DNA of 64,000 nucleotides, taken from sequence record NZ_CP123987.1; one strand, given 5' to 3'. Shown here in pieces: positions 55,882-64,000 of the stretch (positions are counted from its first letter, which is position 1; the number at the start of each line of letters is the position of its first letter). The notes under the pieces are model-generated. The model was not told the DNA's origin. It saw nothing but the letters and a program-made list of their open reading frames with translations, and did not search any database. The position numbers and the translations under genes were made by a program. Origin of the DNA: a plasmid.

Positions 55882-57273
55882 ATGGATAAGGATTTAGAAG
55901 AAAGATTAGCAGTTAAAGATAGCTATATCACTATTCATGACTTTTATGTGTTAATGGCATTTTATCAATCAATTTCACAAAAAGTTTTACGAAAATTTGA
56001 TAAAGATGGCAGCATTTTAGAAGTACAAAAAAAATATGAAGAAAGTAGGGAGACTGTTCAGGATGCTCAATTCGTAATAGCGCCACAAGATACATATTAT
56101 CATCATTACCAAATGTATAAGGCCAATAAATTTGAATATGTTGAACTCGTAAAATCTCTATATAATATAGAAGAAAAAAATCCAAAATTAAAAAATATCT
56201 TCCAAGATGTTAGCGGAAGTACTTCAAGTTTACCGAGTGAAACTGCTTTTGAAAAGATAGATTCACGTAATGAAGTAAGTTTTGAAGAAAATTTAGAAAT
56301 AATTAAGCGAAGCAGTGGCGCTAGGGATAATTACGATTATACTTCGAAAAATATCCGTAAGTTGATTACTAAATTAGTTGGAAGTAAAAAAGAAGGAGTA
56401 TCAATTTATGATCCAGCTTTGGGAACAGCGAGTTTACTGTTAGGTATAAATCGAGATGCACTTAAAGAAAATAAATATTATGGACAAGAAATCAATACTC
56501 AAGTGATAAAAATAGCCATTATGAACGCAATAGTTAATGATGTAGATGATGATAAATTTGAATTTAAGAATGAAAATACATTGGCTAATAACTGGGAATT
56601 TGGCAAGGTTGATATAGTAGTGTCTGATCCACCTATAAATATGAAATGGAATGTTGATAGAAATTTAAGTCAAGATAGACGTTACCGAGATTATGGTGAG
56701 ATGCCTAACAAAGCTGATTGGGGATTCATTTTAGATGGAATAGATAAATTATCAGACAATGGCATGATGGTTGTGTCAGTTGTTCAAGGTACGCTGTTTA
56801 GAGGAGCCAAAGAATACAATATTAGACGTAAACTTCTAGAAGATGGAAAGATTAGGGCGGTAATCCAGTTGCCAGGGAATACAAAAATTTCAACTACAAT
56901 CGCAACTTGCTTATTAGTGCTTAGAAAATCATCAGAAGATAAAGATGTCTTCTTTATTAATGCAAGCCAAGAGTATGAGAAGAAAGGCTTGGAAAATATT
57001 CTAACAGAAGCCAATGTCGATAAAATTGTAGATATTTTTAATGAAAAGAAAGAAGAAAAAGGATTCTCACATGTAGCGAGCTATGAAGAAATTGAGAAAA
57101 ATGATTTTAACCTATCAGTAGCACGTTATGTAAATCAGTATAAGTTTAAAGAAAAATTAGATTATCAAGAAGAAATAAAAAATCTTGAAAAGTTAGATGA
57201 AAAACTAAGTCAAACTGATGCGACATTGAAGAATTTGATGGGTGATTTAGGTTTGATGGAGATTAATAACTAG
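55882..57273 (+). CDS. hsdM: type I HsdM-like N6-adenine methyltransferase with atypical catalytic motifs
   Basis: HsdM architecture with the C-terminal FNLSVARYV motif. Motif I reads IYDPALGTASLLLG (canonical DPACGSGGFL) and motif IV reads VVSDPPI (canonical NPPF/Y). Confidence 0.7.
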   Translation: MDKDLEERLAVKDSYITIHDFYVLMAFYQSISQKVLRKFDKDGSILEVQKKYEESRETVQDAQFVIAPQDTYYHHYQMYKANKFEYVELVKSLYNIEEKNPKLKNIFQDVSGSTSSLPSETAFEKIDSRNEVSFEENLEIIKRSSGARDNYDYTSKNIRKLITKLVGSKKEGVSIYDPALGTASLLLGINRDALKENKYYGQEINTQVIKIAIMNAIVNDVDDDKFEFKNENTLANNWEFGKVDIVVSDPPINMKWNVDRNLSQDRRYRDYGEMPNKADWGFILDGIDKLSDNGMMVVSVVQGTLFRGAKEYNIRRKLLEDGKIRAVIQLPGNTKISTTIATCLLVLRKSSEDKDVFFINASQEYEKKGLENILTEANVDKIVDIFNEKKEEKGFSHVASYEEIEKNDFNLSVARYVNQYKFKEKLDYQEEIKNLEKLDEKLSQTDATLKNLMGDLGLMEINN

Positions 57274-57291
57274 AAATTAAGGGGGATAAAA

Positions 57292-57534
57292 ATGATTAAA
57301 CTAGAAAAAATGATCAAAAAATTAGAGTTAATACTGGCAGGGGTTATGTTACCCACAATGATAATCTTTGTCGTTCTTGAATTGAATAGGTTAATGACAG
57401 GAACTGAAACAGACTATGGGTATTTGGCAATAACAATGATAATGACACTACTACTAGGAACTTTAGAAGTCCAGTTTTCAATGAAAGAAGAAATTAAAGA
57501 GTTAAAAATGGAACTCAAAAATATTGATAAGTAA
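57292..57534 (+). CDS. small membrane protein
   Basis: 80 aa, 2 TM helices; inside the operon. Confidence 0.4.
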   Translation: MIKLEKMIKKLELILAGVMLPTMIIFVVLELNRLMTGTETDYGYLAITMIMTLLLGTLEVQFSMKEEIKELKMELKNIDK

Positions 57535-57685
57535 AATTTCCAAATTTGCCAATTTAGATATAGGAGAAATTAGAAAATTTGTGCAAATAGTAGATTTCTT
57601 AGATTAAAAACTAAATTTTTGCATAAATTAGAAAATTGGTCCTGTGTCTAGAATGGAAAATTGGAGAAAAAGGAGAAAAAAGAAG

Positions 57686-59650
57686 ATGAAGTTATTTAAT
57701 AAAAGTCATTCTAAAAATAGTGAGTGGTATTTTCCAGGTGGTAAAGACTTACAAATGGAATCTGGATCTAATGCGAGTTTAGAAATGTTTAAGGATAATC
57801 CTTTAGACTCTTTAGCTAGAGAAATATGTCAAAATTCGTTAGATGCTGGGATAGAGGGTAGTAATAAGCCTGTTCGAGTAGAGTTTACAAGTTTCAAGGT
57901 TAAAGCTGAAAATATTCCAGGATATCTGGAGCTAAAATATGAAGTTATAAATAAGGCGATGAAACAATGGCCTAATGAGCAAAAAACAATGTCTATGTTA
58001 AGAAAAATGGACAGGATTTTGAAAAATAAATTTGTTAATGTTTTAAAAATTAGTGATTATAACACTACTGGTTTACGAAAAGAAAATTGGAAATCATTAA
58101 TTGAACAAGTTGGTTCATCTGTAAAGAAAGATTCATCATCAGCCGGATCATTTGGTATTGGTAAAGGGGCACCATTTGCTGTTAGTGATTTACGAATGGT
58201 ACTGTATAGTACTTTGGCTGATGAAGGTATTAAGTCCATTGGTGTAATGAAGTTTGTATCTTATAAAGATAAGCTTAATGGGAAAACTATAATTACCCAA
58301 GGTACAGGATATTATGGGGAAAATGGGAGTAAGAAACCAATTTCAAAAGATTTTGGATTAGGAGGAGAAATATCTAGAACTGAAAAGGGAACAGATATCT
58401 ATATTATTGGTTTTAATCAAGAATTGATGGAGAACTGGACTAAAGAAATAACATATTCTTTAGCAAATAACTTCTTATTTTCTTTCTATACTAATAAATT
58501 AGAAGTAGTTATTGATAATAAATATATGCTTGACTACAGTAAGATGAACAAGATTATTGAGGAAATTCGTAATGATAAGAAATTACTAAGGAAATATGAG
58601 TATTTACCAGGTTATTATGATGTTTTACAAGATGAAGATCATAAAGAATTTAATTTAACTGGATTCAAAGAATATGGTATTAAAGATGGGGAAGCAATAC
58701 TTTATACCTCAAATAAGGGCGATGTAAATCGTAGAGTATTAATGACAAGAAATGCAGGTATGAAGATTAAAGATCTAAATAGAATCAGTTCCATTATTAA
58801 ATTTTCCGGAATATTCTATGCTCATGGAAAAAATATCAACGGAATACTTAAACAACTAGAAAATCCTAATCATAATGATTGATCCAAGGATAGATCTGAA
58901 ACGCCTAAAAAAGCTGGCAGATTCTTAAAAGGTATGAATAGATTTATAAAAGAAACTATCAAAGATACATATACTGAAAAAGTAGCTGATGAAGTTGATG
59001 CATATGGGGTTAGTGATTTCCTCCCAGAGGATATAAATTCGATAAGACTGTCAAATAAAAAAGTCAAAGATAAAGGTCATAAAAAAGTAGCTATTGAGAT
59101 TGAAAAAATAAATACAAAGTCTAAAGTAGCTAGAGTTAGAGAAAATAATCATATTACTGGCGGCGATGATAAAGGTGTTACTAAAGGTGGAGTAGGTCAA
59201 GGAGATAGTTTTGGTACAGCTTATGATGGAAGAGGACATAGAGGTGGATCTAGTACAGGAAATAACTTTGGTTATGGCGATAGACCTGGGGAAAATGGAC
59301 CTAATAACAATGATGATATGTTTATAAAAAATAGAAATAGTCAAAAAAAGATAACCAATGTGAAATACAGATGTATAGAAGTTGATCATCAAAGTGGAAT
59401 GTATAGGCTGATGGTAAAGCCTGATAAGAGTTTAAGCAATGTGCGTATTGATTTAGATGTTATTGGTGATTCAGGTAAAAAAGATACAGTTCAGATAACA
59501 AAGGCGACCTATCGAGGAAAACAATTAAATATAGGATATTCAAATGTATATATCCAATCTTTACTTGCAGGATCTTGGCAGCCTATCATGATAAAACTTA
59601 ATGGAAATACACGGTTGAAATTGGAGGTAGAAATTTATGCGAATATCTGA
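57686..59650 (+). pseudogene. MORC-like GHKL ATPase (HATPase_c_3-type) with an in-frame TGA
   Basis: Bergerat-fold N box LAREICQNSLDAG and G-box SAGSFGIGKGAPFAVSD. TGA at 58880-58882 lies in frame between the 412-aa and 238-aa ORFs, so a single reading frame covers the whole length. Confidence 0.65.
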
Positions 59651-62406
59651 CAGTATTTATCCTTATCCAGTATTATCAGTAGATGATGAAGATTATATTC
59701 AAGATTCAGAATTTGATGTCGAGTTTACTAGTGTTACAGCAACACCATTTAAAAATGCAATTGTAAAATGTAGATTTATTTTACAGTGCGCCCGGCATGG
59801 TCGATAACTAGGTGGTGAAAGTCCGCTGTGGGCCGTAGTAGTAGGAACCACGAGCCAAGGGCAAGGGTGTCCATCGTGAGGTGGAATCTGAAGGAAGCTC
59901 GATGAGCAAACCACTGCACTGATGAACAAAAATCGACTGTAAGGCCAAGGGGAGAGGATAAGGTTGCTGTACAAACTGAAGTCCAATACTACTCGAAACA
60001 AACCTTGGTAAAGTCGGCAGTGACATGGTGGGAAAGTTATCGTCCTTACCCGGGGAGGTCTGGTCTGCAAGTTTCCGACAAGAGGAATACCTATAATTCC
60101 ACAGAAACAAGCGTTTCAGTGATGGAACGTTGAGCAGAGCAGAAGTCAGCAGAGGTCATAGTAGCCTAAATTAGGCGAAGGACTGAACGACAATAACTCA
60201 TAAATTATATTGGAGGTGAAGTTGGTGCGACAATCGCAGAAAACAGAAATACAAGCTGGCCGCTTGTCGAGGATAGATTTGGAAAATCAAAAGTACACAA
60301 GGGTGCGTAGCACCAATTTTGGTGAAAATAAAGGTATGAGTGTCACTATTCAAGACGAAGTCTTAGACCGCAACAACCTAAATAAGGCATACTTGCGTGT
60401 CAAAAGTAACAGAGGAGCAGCTGGCATTGATGAAATGACAGTTGACGAATTATTCCAATACCTTAGAGAAAATAAAGAGGAACTTACCACAAGTTTGCGA
60501 GAAGGAAGTTATAAACCACTTCCAGTTAAACGTGTAGAAATTCCTAAGCTAAATGGGGGAACGAGAAAGTTAGGAATACCGACAGTAATTGACCGTATGG
60601 TCCAACAAGCAGTAGTTCAAGTACTAACACCCATATTTGAAGAAATTTTCTCTGAAAACAGTTTTGGTTTTCGACCAAACAGAGGAGCTCAAGATGCGAT
60701 AGATAAGGTAATTAGTTATTATAATCAAGGATATAAACGAGTAGTAGATTTGGATCTTAAATCCTACTTCGATAATGTTAATCATGATTTAATGATAAAA
60801 TACTTACAGCAATATATAGATGATGAATGGACGTTAAAACTCATACGTAAATTTCTAACAAGTGGAATATTAGACAATGGGTTATTCGTCAAAAGTGAGA
60901 AAGGAACTCCACAAGGAGGGCCTTTATCACCACTATTAGCCAACATCTATCTTAATGAGCTAGATAAGGAATTAACTAAACGTGGACATCGTTTCGTTAG
61001 ATACGCAGATGACTGTAATATCTACGTTAAAAGTCAGCGAGCAGGTGAAAGGGTAATGCGTAGCATTACGAAGTTTCTAGAAAAACAACTAAAAGTTAAG
61101 GTAAACACAGATAAAACACGAGTAGGCAGTCCTATAAAACTGAAATTCTTAGGTTTCTCTTTGGGAGTAGATAATAAAGGAGGATATGCTCGACCATCAA
61201 AAGAATCTCAGAAACGCGTGAGACAAGCACTTAAAATGACAACCAAGCGAAATAGAGGAATTTCTCTGAACGATATGTTCAAAGAAATATACCAGAAAAT
61301 GCGTGGTTGGTTACAGTATTACTCAATAGGGAGAATGACTACTTTTATCAGACGTCTTGACCAATGGCTAAGGTCAAGAATAAGGCAATATATCTGGAAA
61401 CAATGGAAGAAACCTAAAACAAGATTTGTTAACTTGAAGAAGTTAGGGTTGTCACAACAAGATGCATATACATTTGCCATGACTCGTAAGGGTTACTGGC
61501 GAACTGCACATAGTAAGACATTAACGTATACCCTAACTAATAGAAAACTGGAGCAACTAGGACTAATAAATATGTCCAAAGTACTCCAGTCAATACAAAG
61601 TGATTAAATTGTCGAACCGCCGTATACGGATCCGTACGTACGGTGGTGTGAGAGGTCGATAATTGAACTAATCAATTATCTCCTACTCGATTGATCGCAA
61701 TTTAGAAAGATTAATAAGCTTAGGTAAAGCAGGATTGTATTTACGTGTAGAAAATAGTCTCACTGCATATCGTAAACTATACGCATTAGAACCTGGGAAA
61801 TATACGTTTGAATTAGAAATAGATCCTAAATATATGAGAAAAAAAGTAGAGGTAACAGGCTTACTTTTAGCAAAACAAAATATCACAGATTTTATTAGTG
61901 ATACTATCAATACTGACCTATATGGAAAAGATTATGTATTTCCTGATTTAAATACTGGGGACCCATTAGCTGTTGCATTTACTACTAATGTTGTTGTAAA
62001 TGACGAAGATAGTTTTAAAAGTGTATCTTCAATTATGAAGGTAGCTAAATCAAAAAAGGAGTATATGGTAGTAGATCCAGATGGAGAAATCATATACGTA
62101 TATTTGCCAGAAACTTTATATGAACAATATATTAGATACCAATCAGTACCAGATATAGCTTTATCAATAGTAATATTACCGGCACTTATACAGGTTTTAA
62201 GTTATATGGTATTAAACCGAGGTAATGATATTGATGAACAAAAATGGTATATGGTAATTGAGAAGAAAATAAGGAGTTTAGATAAGGATATTAATGATTT
62301 ATTTAACGAAAAAATTTCACCACTAGAGTTAGCACAAATGATCTTAGAAAATCCAGTAGAAAGATCATTCAATGAAATAAAGGGGATTGTTGGAATTGAA
62401 GATTAA
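59637..62406 (+). CDS. hypothetical protein encoded by two exons interrupted by a group II intron (exon 1 59637-59785, exon 2 61692-62406)
   Basis: Exon 1 (50 codons, RBS GGAGGTAG) ends at the GTGCG intron 5' end. The in-frame open region upstream of the 223-aa ORF extends back to ~61681. Joining 59785 to 61692 keeps the frame, giving a ~288-aa product. Confidence 0.5.
59786..61691 (+). mobile_element. group II intron (~1.9 kb) with an ORF in domain IV
   Basis: 5' GTGCGCCCGG…; structured G/C-rich RNA 59786-60200 that contrasts with the AT-rich surroundings; IEP; domain V-like hairpin GAACCGCCGTATACGG…CGTACGTACGGTGG at ~61614-61650; domain VI-like stem and an …AT end at 61691. Confidence 0.75.
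60222..61607 (+). CDS. ltrA: group II intron reverse transcriptase/maturase (no endonuclease domain)
   Basis: RT domains 0-7 including FVRYADDCNIY (YADD) and maturase domain X; a GGAGG RBS before TTG/GTG at 60222/60225. Confidence 0.85.
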   Translation: MVRQSQKTEIQAGRLSRIDLENQKYTRVRSTNFGENKGMSVTIQDEVLDRNNLNKAYLRVKSNRGAAGIDEMTVDELFQYLRENKEELTTSLREGSYKPLPVKRVEIPKLNGGTRKLGIPTVIDRMVQQAVVQVLTPIFEEIFSENSFGFRPNRGAQDAIDKVISYYNQGYKRVVDLDLKSYFDNVNHDLMIKYLQQYIDDEWTLKLIRKFLTSGILDNGLFVKSEKGTPQGGPLSPLLANIYLNELDKELTKRGHRFVRYADDCNIYVKSQRAGERVMRSITKFLEKQLKVKVNTDKTRVGSPIKLKFLGFSLGVDNKGGYARPSKESQKRVRQALKMTTKRNRGISLNDMFKEIYQKMRGWLQYYSIGRMTTFIRRLDQWLRSRIRQYIWKQWKKPKTRFVNLKKLGLSQQDAYTFAMTRKGYWRTAHSKTLTYTLTNRKLEQLGLINMSKVLQSIQSD

Positions 62407-63190
62407 GGCGAAAACTTGCGATGAGAATTTTTTAGAGGAAATAAAACGAAATTTTGATACTAAATACATAGATTTATATCGTAATTTCGATAAGAAGGGT
62501 ATTCAAGAATTATTCGATAATGAGTTAGTGTATGATATAGAACATGAATTTGAATACTTAGAATTGTTTGATCCTAAATCTTTTAGTGATTTATTTACAA
62601 ATAATATAAAAAATACTTATGAGGCGTTGAAATTTTTAACACCTGCCCAAGCATCTAGAGAAGAATTTTGGTTTACTATGATTAATACTGTATATTTAGA
62701 TTATTTATTGGATTATTTAAAAACGGTATCGGATCGTAAAGATTTTGATCAAAAGATTAAAAATAGTATTTTTTATAATAGCTCAATTACTAAGGCACAA
62801 ACAATTCAAAGAATATCTCGATATTGGTGGTTAGGTTATAGGACATATGATGAAAAAAATATTTCAAATCCATATTGGCTGACAGAATATTTCTTTGAAC
62901 GTGATGGTTCCAGTAAAATTATTGCATTCTTTTCTAGTAATTTGACTAACAATAAAGATATTGCATTAGGAATAATTGAAGGTATCAAAAATAGAAATGA
63001 TAAGATAGTAAATAATAGATGGGCATATTTAATTATGAATAAATATTTTAATGCTATGGGTGGCGTTAGAATCATAGATATTATGACTAGGGAAGAAATT
63101 AAAAAAGAAACAATGAAATATATTGATTATATAGTAGAGAACCCAGAACTATTATCATTAGAAGAGAGAAAGGGAATAATAAAGGGTTAG
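62390..63190 (+). CDS. hypothetical protein (operon member, unknown function)
   Basis: ~266 aa; overlaps the upstream gene end; no known motifs recognised; start uncertain. Confidence 0.45.
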   Translation: MELKIKAKTCDENFLEEIKRNFDTKYIDLYRNFDKKGIQELFDNELVYDIEHEFEYLELFDPKSFSDLFTNNIKNTYEALKFLTPAQASREEFWFTMINTVYLDYLLDYLKTVSDRKDFDQKIKNSIFYNSSITKAQTIQRISRYWWLGYRTYDEKNISNPYWLTEYFFERDGSSKIIAFFSSNLTNNKDIALGIIEGIKNRNDKIVNNRWAYLIMNKYFNAMGGVRIIDIMTREEIKKETMKYIDYIVENPELLSLEERKGIIKG

Positions 63191-63245
63191 CAGCATGATA
63201 TAATTTTTATAAAAGACACAAACACTAATCGGAGGAGAAAGCAAG

Positions 63246-64000
63246 CATGGCTATTACGGAGTATGAAGATAAAATAAAGGATATTGTAGAGAATCTAGAC
63301 AAAGAAGAATTTATCTTTGAATTTTTGAGTGTTTATAGCAAAATTGCAAAATCTACAATTACTAAATTACGCAAGGGGACTAATAATTTATCTAAGGTGC
63401 CTGGTGAATACCATTTAAAAAATAAATTATATTTTAAACAAGTTTCAGGAGATACATTACAAGCTTTTACTGACTTGGTTAGTAAAATATCTCAACAAAA
63501 TGTGAATCCAAGATACATTATGGTAACTGATTTTAAAAACTTAATTGCAAGGGACACAAAAACTCAAGAAACAATAGACATTGATTTTAAGAAGTTACCA
63601 AGAAACTTTGAATTTTTTTTAGCTTGGAATGGCATTGAAAAAGCTGATTTCGAAAGAGAAAATCCAGCTGATTTAAAGGCTGCTGAGAGATTTGCAAAGT
63701 TGTATGATACATTGTTAAAAGACAACGAGCGCATATCCAGACATGGACTAAATTTATTTTTAATTCGATTACTCTTTTGTTTATTTGCAGAAGATACAGG
63801 AGTGTTTGAAAAAGATATTTTTACTAATACAATTAAGAGCATGACAAAAGAAGACGGCAGTGATTTAAACTGCCGAATTCAAGAATTATTCGAATTTTTA
63901 GATACTAAAATTAGACCGGAAGATACACCTGCATGGTTGAGAAAATTTCCTTACGTCAACGGGCAGCTATTTACTGAACAACATACAAACGTTGTCTTTT
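63246..64000 (+). CDS. MmeI/PglX-family (Type IIL R-M / BREX methyltransferase-like) protein, N-terminal part (gene continues beyond the window)
   Basis: …LNLFLIRLLFCLFAEDTGVFEK…GSDL…FPYVNGQLF matches the conserved MmeI N-terminal region (…LYLVRLLFCLFAEDTTIFEK…FPYINGKLF); GGAGGAGAAAG RBS. Confidence 0.7.

Noticed and set aside
58880-58882. TGA as selenocysteine or a genetic-code-4 tryptophan codon
   Set aside because: No SECIS-like hairpin follows, the host is a Lactobacillus-type Firmicute using code 11, and the other two in-frame stops in this window are TAA and TAG
59699-60110. Minus-strand ORFs of 123 and 100 aa
   Set aside because: Lie within the structured 5' RNA domains of the group II intron; the G/C-rich composition is explained by the ribozyme

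Overview
Low-GC Firmicutes chromosomal DNA. It is probably a Lactobacillus of the acidophilus/helveticus type, judging by the 844-aa PepN, an IS-rich landscape with many decayed genes, and LPXTG surface proteins. Housekeeping and catabolic loci include serine dehydratase sdaAA/AB, ndk, an IS-disrupted sialic-acid nan cluster, a beta-glucoside bglP/bglA/licT operon with RAT attenuators, a galactitol-type PTS plus class II aldolase operon, and pepN. These are interleaved with mobile and accessory DNA: two identical 2298-bp IS66-family elements in inverted orientation (each with an 8-bp TSD, one splitting nanA), an IS200/IS605 element, an IS3-family element (3-bp TSD) splitting a large PLD/P-loop gene, an IS1182 remnant, and an integrated theta-plasmid replicon (iterons, Rep_3 and RepA_N initiators, a separate parAB module). 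Other accessory features are a Zur-box-associated Zn-independent S14 paralog divergent from a TetM/EF-G-like GTPase, a decayed AgrCA-like two-component system next to a thioester-domain (TQXA) serine-rich LPXTG adhesin, and a 3' defense island. The defense island is the most interesting part. A tyrosine recombinase sits next to a tightly coupled operon: half-HsdS, HsdM-like MTase with degenerate catalytic motifs, a small TM protein, a MORC-like GHKL ATPase with an in-frame TGA, an unknown gene interrupted by a group II intron whose exons rejoin in frame, a second unknown gene, and the start of an MmeI/PglX-family enzyme. No HsdR is present. No rRNA, tRNA or CRISPR was detected by eye.
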